A stretch of DNA of 53,742 nucleotides, filler included, from Sphacelaria rigidula (taxonomy: Eukaryota): NCBI GenBank assembly GCA_964200075.2. It is 4 parts of 4 records of this genome, joined end to end, with 100 filler letters (N's around TTAATTAATTAA, not from the genome) between each part and the next. Parts side by side here need not be neighbours in the genome. Positions count along the whole stretch, not along the records: positions 13,467 to 26,827 come from CAXNAA020002937.1; positions 26,928 to 40,285 come from CAXNAA020002938.1; 2 more parts are not named here. One strand, given 5' to 3'. Positions 25,001 to 34,373 of this stretch are shown piece after piece. A program made the position numbers and the translations under genes. The first letter of the stretch is position 1; every line of letters begins with the position of its first letter. The notes beneath the pieces are model-generated. The model saw only the letters and a list, made by a program, of their open reading frames with translations. It ran no database searches and had not been told where the DNA came from.

Positions 25001-26306
25001 TATATTTGGGGACATTTTCTCACCTCGCTGACACAAGAAATGTACGATCGCGGCGACTTCCCCACATCACAGCTCGTGCAGTCCTTCAGGTTGTGTTCCG
25101 ACTTCTTTGATTCGTCCCAGCTCCTAATCTGAAAAGAGAGAGAGAGAGAATGGGCGAGAGTGAATCATTATCCAGCCCTCGTGACTAGCGACGAGTCCGT
25201 GTTATTAATGGTCTTTGCGGGGGGGTGACGGAATCGTCACATGATCCAGTTCTTACAAAGCCTGGGCTTTTACGAAACACATATTCGATATACTGTGCCT
25301 CAATTTTCTTCCGTGTCATTGAATTGGTTGTACTCATGATCTATGGCATTTTGCAAATAAAGCATGGGCTTTCTCGAAACATATTACCAATCCTCGATGT
25401 CTTTTTGTATGCCTAGATTTGTGAAGGGGGGGGGGGGTAATCACTGACGTTTCATTAATCAAGACTTGTAGCCGACGTGTTCCTCATATCTTCTTCATGT
25501 GATGGTCAACGCACCGTTTATTGTCATTATTATTATTATCATTATTTTCCGGACATTCGTCCGATCTCGCGGACCCGTGGTCATAGACGTAGGCTCGCCT
25601 TTCCAATACCATCCTTGCTATTCCTTACCAGACACATTACCAAAATAAAAATAAAATAAGAAATAAGAAGAGCGACGCCACGAAAACCGGTGAGAAGTAG
25701 CCCCCCCGAGTTCAACGGGGGGGGGGGCGTACTCATTTGTTGCTTGCCTTAGTCGAGTTCAACGGGGAGAAAAAAGAAATAAAGAAAAACAAACAAACAA
25801 CCGTAACAACAAAAAAATGACAACAGGGAGGTTTTTGCATATTTATTCGCTACAGCCATCAGTCAAGGTTGCGACCCCCAATCAAACAATCACGAGTCGG
25901 ACAGCTCATGAACTACCCAAGAATTACTTCCTACTCCGGGATATTAGTTTACTGGTTGGGATCATGAGCTAGATAAATTGCTCATATGCCCCCCCCCCCT
26001 CCTCCGTTTTTTCTCATATTTGCTGCCTACGGCATTAGACACCGATAATGATTTCACGGGAAGTAGTGCAAGAGGTAGCGCTTTCGCTTCTCGGATCCCG
26101 CTGTCACGTGTTTTGTGTTTTTGGACAGTGGGTCTGAGAGACAACCCCGATTAACTACTTGAGGTAGCTCATTCATGAGCTGTCCGAAGTGTGCAGACCA
26201 ATCAATCAAGCGATCTACCTTGTCTCACCAGGGTGTCGTAGATATCGATATTGCCGCCGTGGCCCATGATCCTGTAGTACTTTTTAGTCGTGCTGCTCAG
26301 CTTGAG
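14946..26306 (-). CDS. Mannuronan C-5 epimerase (AlgG-like parallel beta-helix; alginate modification), 5'-truncated, 11 exons
   Basis: Exons at 26306-26229, 25128-25024, 24109-23981, 21853-21744, 21061-21018, 20607-20530, 19480-19358, 18565-18435, 17197-17079, 15609-15502 and 15066-14946, all GT-AG and in phase. Motifs GHGG, PRSYISCVSE, MGECRMDI..SEIGYLGY..ESYGITWKVRG, YSYGH.GG, catalytic YGFDPHDDSD and GNHGIIASKRC are characteristic of brown algal MC5E. Confidence 0.95.
15650..16410. repeat. Repeat-rich intronic tract (AATCAAT and CTCGAGTGCTCG motifs; 42-bp duplication at ~16260-16334), likely a decayed DNA transposon
   Basis: Recurrent short motifs are visible, but termini could not be defined. 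Confidence 0.4.
16621..16879. mobile_element. MITE with CAAGGG termini and a degenerate 8-bp TSD (hAT/P-like)
   Basis: CAAGGGTCGGACGAATCA ... TTATTCATCCGACCCTTG, flanked by GACTCTCG / AACTCTCA (6/8). Confidence 0.6.
18748..18868. repeat. Inverted repeat / hairpin (~45-bp arms, ~22-nt loop), MITE-like
   Basis: GGACCCCATTGACGATTTTCGTTTTGTGAATCGGCATCAT ... ATGATGCCGATTCACACAAACAAAAATTGTCAATGGGGTCC. Confidence 0.8.
19001..19310 (-). mobile_element. SINE copy (3' part with (CA)n tail, tRNA head missing)
   Basis: 19184-19310 matches 1-120, and 19030-19110 matches the rc of 46317-46386. The copy ends in (TG)n at 19001-19026. Confidence 0.75.
22195..23752. mobile_element. Non-autonomous hAT element (1558 bp) in an MC5E intron
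   Basis: TIR CAGGGCTCTT(C/T)AC(G/A)TTACACGTTA with a perfect 8-bp TSD AGAATTAC (22187-22194 and 23753-23760). Both subterminal regions are packed with GTAACGT/GTGACGT motifs. No transposase. Confidence 0.92.
25895..26189. mobile_element. MITE related to 13993-14243
   Basis: 16-bp perfect IR TCGGACAGCTCATGAA (25897) ... TTCATGAGCTGTCCGA (26187). The TSD is not preserved. Confidence 0.55.
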
Positions 26307-26727
26307 CTGAAACGACGTGCCGAGATATAAACAAGCAGAGAGACAAGCAAACAAACATGCAACGCCAGTTGCGACATAGAAAGAAAAAAAAGGACACGAC
26401 GGAAAGAGACGCGAGGGGGGAAAGTAGTAGCGTTAGTATTATAGACCTATTTGATGAGATGCGATGACATCTATTCGAGATATGTCAAAGGATGTACGGG
26501 AGGGGTACGCGCCCGTTATCGTTCGCGGGCCAATACCATCCTCATGCCCTCTACCTCCTATCCCCAGCAAGTCGCTAGAGCTATCCCCCGTGTGTACGCT
26601 TGAAGGCTCTCGATTCATGTTATCAAGCATGGCTCCGTTGTTGCAATCTGGGAAGCATTCCGGGCCGTGACTTCTCTCGGGGGGTCTTGAAGGATGAACG
26701 ACAATACTGCGCACCAGGTGTCGAACG

Positions 26728-26784
<57 letters not shown>

Positions 26785-26827
26785 CCCCCCCCACCCACCG
26801 CGGCCCCCCCCAACACCCCCACCCCCC

Positions 26828-26927
26828 NNNNNNNNNNNNNNNNNNNNNNNNNNNNNNNNNNNNNNNNNNNNTTAATTAATTAANNNNNNNNNNNNNNNNN
26901 NNNNNNNNNNNNNNNNNNNNNNNNNNN
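26828..26927. other. Artificial contig linker
   Basis: N44-TTAATTAATTAA-N44. Confidence 0.98.
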
Positions 26928-28180
26928 ACGTACAAAGAGGGTATTTTGTATGTTGACAAGAACCTTGTCTCGGATGAGAGGGACGATGAGTCACGAATGC
27001 TCTGGAATTTGACGTTCGCTGACATTTCCGGTTTCGTGCCGATGAAGAGTCAAGAGACTTGTTTCGGGCGAAGATTTGAGAATTTGGCGCTAGCTATCGC
27101 TTTGTAACTCGAAGCGGGGCAAGTAGCGTGATTGCATGTTCATGATGGACGGTATTTTCTTGGGATCTCTTGCGAGTTGTACGGAAGTGGGGCAAGCTTG
27201 TATGGAGCTGTTGTCGGAAGTAGCGGAAGAGATTGCTATTCTTTGCGGAAAACAACGGTACTATCAAGCACCAGTGATGTCTGAGTTTGTCGAGCTCTGA
27301 TGTAACTACTTGTTGGTAGTAGAGAGCTTTGGGGGTGCTGTAGACTCTAGCCACCATTGTTACCTAAGGTTGGGGACATTGGGTAGGTGGAGTTGCGGGT
27401 CTGATTGCCGGACTCTGTGATGGGTGATCCATGACGAGAGAGCCCGGTTTTGCTACTCTGGTGGAGAAAGGCTATGGTTTTGTTCTCCTGTACTATGCTG
27501 AGGTTTAATATATGAATAACTAAAGCTGCTGAAGTCAATGTGCCCGTGATAGGAGGAGTCCACATGGCGATCTGATCTTGAGTGGCAGAAGTCTATAGAC
27601 TGATTGTGCTTGATTTGAGTAACGGCCAGATGAAGAGCCAAGTTTAACCATATATTTTTCTTATTGCACAAGCAAGTGTTTAAACAACACGGTGCAGCCT
27701 CTGCGTGCTCTCTCGTCAGAGCTGGGTTCGCCGGTTGAACCAATTTTTCCTGTCACTTTAACAGTTGAACACAGTGTATTTTGTACACAAGCCACAATAG
27801 CCACATATATATTCCAACAAATAATACGTCGTGAGGCACTTTTGACTTTACAGTCAGCCGGTCTTCAAGTCCTGTAGATGAAGCAGCGTCTGATGTTGAG
27901 CCGCCACGGAATGTTACGTCGTGAGGCAGTCTTGACTACGCAGGCTGCCGGTCTTCAAGTCCCGTCGATAGAGCAGCACTCTTAGGTTGTTGTCGTAGAG
28001 CTGTAGGTGAAACACCGCCTTTGCCGATGTGGCGAGAACGGTTAATAGAGTGGCTTCGTGTATGGCGGGACCGTGTGCAACGAGCCGGAGGAGGAAGCAG
28101 GGCAAATGGGTTGCGACATAATGAGGGAGGGTGTCGGCGGGGTTAAACCTGCGCTTCTGACAATTTACGAACATATATTA
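26928..28180 (-). mobile_element. Probable Penelope-like retroelement remnant (5' repeat plus decayed N-terminal ORF)
   Basis: 48-bp direct repeats at 27825-27872 and 27915-27962 carry a hammerhead-like TTGAAGAC...GTCAAAA core on the minus strand. Broken minus-strand frames follow, with YKAIASAKFSNLRP and KVLVNIQNTL, which resemble the pre-RT K..KF..L / V.NLS region of PLEs. RT itself is not in the contig. Confidence 0.35.
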
Positions 28181-28258
28181 GGTCTATTTGGCGCGATTTA
28201 TAAGCGCAAGTAGCTAAACGACAGAAAGAATAGAGGTGTGGTCGGTGCCACGAGTGTC

Positions 28259-28539
28259 AACACTATATTCGTGAGATTCAGAGTGTAGTTTCAGATTCAG
28301 AGTCAGGATTTCAAACGGAAGCACGGTTTTCTTTGGGGTCGATTCTTGTGCGAAACAGTTCGCGTCACTAATCAACCAATCCGAGTAATGAACGTGCGTG
28401 TTTTAACAGCCTCCAATGTTGATTGGTTAGTGACGCGAACTGTTTCGCATTAAAATCGACCACAAAGAAAACAGTTCTTCCGTTTGGAATTCTGACTCTG
28501 AATCGGAAACTACACTCTGAATCTCACGAATATAGTGTT
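28259..28539. mobile_element. Foldback MITE (~120-bp TIRs, ~40-bp spacer)
   Basis: AACACTATATTCGTGAGATTCAGAGTGTAGTTTC... matches the rc of ...GAAACTACACTCTGAATCTCACGAATATAGTGTT. It is flanked by TGTC direct repeats (28255-58, 28540-43). Confidence 0.85.
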
Positions 28540-28711
28540 TGTCCTGACGTAAAATGCAGGGCAGTAGTGTCACCGGAAAGAAGAAAGGGCGCTCGTACCC
28601 GAAGAGGTGTTCCAATTAGGGAACAGTGTCGTAATGCAGTAATTTAAAACACCGCAGTACGAGCTGCAACACTATACCTTTCGAAAATTATTGTATCGTA
28701 GAGGCGGGGGC

Positions 28712-29230
28712 AGCCTACAGTCCTTACTCTGGAAAACAATGTGTCGGTGAAAGCAGATATATTTCTGCACTCAGTCAATGCTGTGCCGCGGCGCAATGTC
28801 GAACGAGTAGAAACAAGGACAGCCTACTGCCTGTACTCTGGAAAACAATGTGCCGGTGAAAGCAGAGATAACTCTGCACTCAGTCAATGCTGTGACGCGG
28901 CGCAATGTCGAACGAGTAGAAACAAGAACAGCCTACTGCCTGTACTCTGGAAAACAATGTGCCGGTGAAAGCAGAGAGAAATTTGCACTCAGTCAATGCT
29001 GTGCCGCGGCGCAATGTTAAACAGGTAGAAACGAGGGCAGCCTACTGTCTGTACTCTGGTAAACAGTGTGCAGGTGAGCGCAAAGAGAATTCTGTACGCA
29101 GTCAATGCTGTGCGGCGGCGCAATGTCAAACAAGTAGAAACGAGGGCAGCCTACGGTCTGTACTCTGGAAAACAGCGTGAGGTGAATGCAGAGAGGATTC
29201 TGCACTCAGTCAATGCTGTGCGGCGGCGCA
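28712..29230. repeat. 109-bp tandem repeat, ~4.7 copies
   Basis: The unit AGCCTAC..TACTCTGGAAAACAATGTG..CTGCACTCAGTCAATGCTGTG.CGCGGCGCAATGTC starts at about 28712, 28822, 28930, 29039 and 29148. Confidence 0.92.
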
Positions 29231-29478
29231 AATCGCGTTTGTACTTGTACGGCGCTGCTCAAAAGATTTGCGAAGTACACTGGAAGGACAAGAAAACAGA
29301 TCAAAAGTTGACGTCGTTTGCTACACAGCAAGGAGACCAGAACGGGTACAAGTCTCGTGTACAGTTCTTGCAGTTACCTGGGAGGGGAAAGGGGTGAGCT
29401 ACAAAGGGGCCATGTAAAAATGCAAAATACCGCGAACACGCGATACCGAGGCGCGAAAACCGCCGGGTTGCGCTGCTA

Positions 29479-30632
29479 CACACGTGGATAGATAGCACCC
29501 TGTAGAACGTGCTGCACAGGGTTCTTCGCAGTCTTTGTGAAAAACCCCGTACGGCATTTGCAAACCCTAGTACCTCTACCAGCATTTCGTGTAGCGTTTT
29601 TCTCGAGACCCTGTAAGCAGCCCTGTGGAGAGGCACTCCCAGTTAGAAAATTCCGAATTATTTTGTTGCAGAATCTATAAATTTATTTGTTTAGAGAAGC
29701 TGTCCGGAATATTTCGTCTTCTTGCCCGATTTCCCAATGGGCAACCCTACCCCTACAGAATTGTGGAGCAGATGAAGCTGTTCGAAATAAATCCATTTTT
29801 TGCCCAATTGAATTGGGCAAAAAATGGATTTTTTTTTAACAGCTTCATCTGCTCCAGAAATCCCGTACACACTGGCAGATTTGGAATCTATACAGGAGAA
29901 GAAGATCGAAATAAATCCTCACTTTATCCGCTAATTCATCCGGAAATTGGGCAAAAAGATAAGTAGTTATTGCGAACAGCCTCAACTGTGCAAGTTCCGC
30001 ACATTGCACCGTAATCAGCGTATGGGACCCGAGATACAGCAAAGATTATTGAAAATAATTCATCTTCTTGCCCCCGAATCTATATATCAACTGGGCTAAC
30101 GGATATAATTCTCAACAGCTTTAGCTGAACACAAATCTCAAACACTGCTTACGAGTGTATGTCCACACGCTTGAGCTTGGATACGATGTTTTGGCTTCAG
30201 GTATGGGTGCTGGAATGACGGTGTGTACCTCGCACATTTATTCACACAGTTTATAAAATCCCGTTGTCCAATGTCTACCAAGGCAAATCAAATGATGTAT
30301 AGAAAAAATCACTCAACCGTTTTTTTTCTGCCAGTACCATGCCCATGCTGTAAGGTGGAGTATATTGGATGTGCGCTATAAACACTGTACAGCATATTAA
30401 CAACAATGAATAGTACACGGGGAGACGAAACCCTGTGAAGCGTACTGTGCAGCGCGAACAATACCCTACAGCCAAATCCCCGCGAGAAACACTGCACAGT
30501 TTCCCTGAAACCCTCTGAAGCGTACTGTGTGGCGCAGAAAAACACCCTACAGCCAAATCCTCGCGAGAAACACTGCACAGTTTCCCTGAACCCTGTACAC
30601 GTGCCCCACAGGGTGCTATCTATCCACGTGTG
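29479..30632. mobile_element. Non-autonomous TA-site (Tc1/mariner-like) element, ~1.15 kb
   Basis: TA|CACACGTGGATAGATAGCACCCTGT ... ACAGGGTGCTATCTATCCACGTGTG|TA (25-bp perfect TIR). It has an internal hairpin at ~29766-29853 and an ~80-bp subterminal duplication at ~30427-30595. Confidence 0.85.
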
Positions 30633-32633
30633 TAGAAAAAGCTCTACAGAGCAGGAGCAGCAGCAGAGGGTGTAACAATGATGCACCCTGTGCGGTGTTT
30701 CCTGTAACAATGTTATAGGGGAAAACTTCGCCTGTCCGAAAAGAACGAGCAACAGGGCGAGGTACTCGAGCCAGCAATGCTTGAGGGTGCGACCCTGTCT
30801 GCACTGGGCGACCAGAGATCTTGTGCCGGCTCGAAAAAGGGAGCACGCACGTATTGTGCAAGTATGATTTGCGAAGAGAGTGACGCCAGCCAGTGGCAGC
30901 ACTGTTGGATCACTGCTGTTGAGGGACTCCCCAGTCTTACTGGTCTCAGTTTCAGCTGTCAGACTTTACAATATTCTCATTATTCAGGAGTGACCTTCCA
31001 GGGCTCCAGCTAGACCTGCAGATACCATATCCGTGCCCCCGGTGATTATGCAGAACCCTCCGGAATCTCCGTGCCCTCAGTCTTTATCCATATCATCACT
31101 ACCAGCTCAATGTAACGGCGTATTTTCATCACAGCACCCCCAAAGCTCGTTGGACGAAAATCGATTAACAAGCTTGAAACATGGAAAACGCCAAAACGAT
31201 GAGTGAGTCACAATTGAATACCAAACTCACGCGAAATGCAAGCAGCAACGGCACGAGTCACGCGCAATTTACGCAAGGAGGAGCGTAAGAAATTCCGGAG
31301 CGGCCCCCAAAATATCCTTGACAGGCTCCCACGTACCCTCCTTAAGTTCGAAACCAACCCAGACGACCAACACGATCAACGAACGATCATCTGCTTTTGC
31401 CACTCGGACAATACCAGCCATCTGAAATTGCCCCTGATTGAAAGCATGCTGGAACACGTCCTTAACGTCAGCCGTAACATTAAGCTGCGAGTCTGCATCA
31501 AAACGCAAACGAGCTACATGGGCGGTTTGAACACGGCCCGAAACAATGTTTTGGATCTCAAACACGTGCGGGTGGTGAGCACCAACCACTCTCTATGGAC
31601 AAGCCCAAGTCGCCATCAACTTGGGCGTAACACCCGGACGACGCACGCGTGCATACAAGACATAGTCGCCTACCTCAATATTCGGCAATTCCAGCCCCCA
31701 CGAGGACCCCTCACGCCTACGCGCACGTTCAGCGGCAACACGTTCCTGCACTTGAACGTGGAAACGTTCTTGCACGTCCAAGACTCCTTGCAATGCACTC
31801 TTAATTTGAATATTGTCCAAAACATCACAATTGCATTCCCCCGCCGACGAAGACGCCAGCACCGAGAAAGACGTCCGAGGGGCACGACCAAACGTCACGT
31901 GATACGGCGTACTATCGTAAGGATGACGATACGCTGTAACGAGCGCCCATTGCACCGCCTGCAACACGTCCACACACGGGAACCGCTCTACGCTGCTCGA
32001 GAAGAATGGAGCGAAAAGCACAAACTACTTCCTTGGCCATGCGTTTGCAGGTATCGTTCGACCACGGAGAATACGCTACCGCAAACTGGTGATCAACGCG
32101 CAAAGCCTCTCGCAATCGGGCCAAGACCGTATTCTTGAAATGCGTGGCGATATCACTCACCCCCACACGTGGCACCCCCAAAGGTTTGCACCAATTCAGC
32201 GAAGATGCAGCGATCGATGCAGCAGTACACATTGCTACTGGTTCCAGAGCCACAAAGTTGCTCAAATCATCCATGATTACCAAAATGTATGGCAACCCAG
32301 CATCCTCCGACAAACCTTGGGAAGCTAGCGGGTCACTCTCGCCCACGTACAAGAAGTCAAAACGGGTGACTTCACTCGGCGTGATCCCATGGACCGTTTC
32401 GCCGAGCGGGCGGGGAACAACGTCGCCCGCCCTCGAGTCAGCACAGTGAAGACACTGGCGGACAAATTTGGACATGAGTTTCTATCCCTTGCCAGACACA
32501 AAACTCTTTCGAGCGCACAAGCGTCGCAGCCACACCACGATGCCCGGCGTCGCGCATGTGCGCGCAGATCATCAGACGTACCTGCAACTGCTTGTCAGAA
32601 CTCGGAATCCACGAAACGTTTCGGCCATGCATA

Positions 32634-32862
32634 TGACACTTTCTAAGATAGCTCCCCCCCCAGAACCAGCTAAAAGTGTCACGAAAAAAATGGCTATACA
32701 GCGCCTAATGTTCGGGTTCAGAACAGACCCGAGCGTGGGAATTCCCAGCTTCTCGTTGTGCTCGGCTTTCGCCATTTTGATTTATGTGAAGGTTTGGCCT
32801 CCCAAAATCATGCACTTTTTGGTGGCGCACTTTTTGGGGGAGGGCTATTGTAGAATGTGTTA
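32634..32862. mobile_element. 229-bp MITE with an 8-bp TSD, nested in pol upstream of the integrase Zn-finger
   Basis: TIR TGACACTTTCTAAGATAGCTCCCCC / (rc) TAACACATTCTACAATAGCCCTCCC with TSD CATGCATA / CATGCACA. Removing it restores the frame LFGVHGR. Confidence 0.75.
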
Positions 32863-33780
32863 CATGCACACCGAACAGACCTTCATTGTCCACGATAGCA
32901 GTACCAGCGTCCGACTCGAAAGATTGGACGTCCGCATCTTCGGTCCCAAGGTCTTTTCGTTGCGCTTGGCGGACAACAGATTTGGACGGCATCGAGTCAT
33001 CAGGTTCACACGGACCATACACAGCCACAGCGCGCACAGGCATTTCAATTCCAACTGTAGGCATCTGCATGACCAAGCTACCCCAATGGCACTCAAGTGC
33101 ACCCGGAAACATTGACAACTGGCAATCAGGACGAAGATTGAGCAGCGTTATGGCATGAGTCACTAGATCCCCCGCTGCCGCCCACGCCTGCAGCCTGCCC
33201 TCCGTCTACGATGCAGCCTTCCTCGGAAACGCCATATCTGGACTGGACCACCCCGCCCGCAAATTCCGTAACACCAACCCGAGCGGGAAAAGAGCCGCCA
33301 TGCACAATGCCAACCAACTCGACTTCACTGGATCGTACCGCCGCGGCTTCGTCTTCACGGCGGACGCCCCAGGTTTTGGCTAAACACGCATAGGCTCCGC
33401 GCGCGCAGGGGGATCACCCCGCAGCGCACGACGGAACGCGTTGACGCGGCAATGCAATATGCCGCGCAGGTGCTCCGCTTTTGAGACGCTGATGCCTTTC
33501 GCCACAGCATCGGTCACGCTCTCCTCCAGCGTGACCTTCCGAGCGGATTCCTCTTCCGCCAGGTCCATGAACATATCCGGGCCGCGCTCTACCAAGCGTT
33601 CCACCGCCGCATCCCGCTCCTCGGTCACCTGCCTCCCAGTCTCCTGAAAAGCATCCACCGACAAGCTCACGTGACGACTACCCGAAAAGGCGGGCTTCTC
33701 CACGTGCGGACGAGGTGGAGACATCCGCGTCTTGATGGAGTCCTTCAACAACTCATACGGGTCGACTCCTATATCCTGTA

Positions 33781-34373
33781 CAGTAGTCAGCGTCGGAAGT
33801 ATGCAAAATTCGTAATTCCTTAGTTTCTCAGAGATTTCCCAAATTTGGTTCGCTTCCCACCGCTCGTCACAGTGATTGTTGAATGCAAAAAATGGGCATC
33901 TGGAAATATTTTAGTCCTCTTGACAAAATTCGAAAGAAACAATGTCTGCGGAGTCATGCTACGATAGGGGGGGGGTATTTTGACTCTAGCATTTTCGAGT
34001 GCTTATCGAAATGTAATGCCAAAAACCCCCGAAAAGAGGCCATTCGCAGAAAATGCTAGACTGAGGTATGTGCGGTGTGAAGTAGTTTTTTCGTCTTCAT
34101 TTATCTGAATATCTACCGTTTCGCTACGGAAGAGCCGGAAAATTGCTTTCATTGGACCAAAAACGGCCAATAACACCCTCCTGATAAACGAGGTATCTCG
34201 TCCGTATAGCCCCCAAAACACCAACTTGGGCACTGCAGTTTGAGCGCGGCCTATGCTTTCCCCCTAAATCTACCGGCGCTAGCACTTCCAAGTAGTAATG
34301 AAGAATAGTTCTTGAGAAAAACTCGAAAACTACAACAAGTACGGATTCTGAAAACTTCTGACGCTGACTCCTA
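33781..34373. mobile_element. 593-bp TA-site MITE nested at the end of the Gypsy protease region
   Basis: TA|CAGTAGTCAGCGTCGGAAGT ... ACTTCTGACGCTGACTCCTA|TA (17/20). Removing it restores GWPTLQDIGVDPYELLK. Confidence 0.85.

Noticed and set aside
26439..26827. Poly-Pro/poly-Gly ORFs
   Set aside because: They are produced by a poly-C run at a contig end, likely low-quality sequence.
27324..27341. 18-bp match (GAGCTTTGGGGGTGCTGT) to the Gypsy PPT/LTR junction, suggesting a second LTR
   Set aside because: Similarity does not extend into LTR sequence and no partner LTR was found, so it is probably chance.
28712..29230. CRISPR array
   Set aside because: The whole 109-bp unit repeats, with no unique spacers.
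31236..33115. Long plus-strand ORFs (300 and 215 aa)
   Set aside because: They are antisense shadows of the Gypsy integrase region, with no recognisable motifs.
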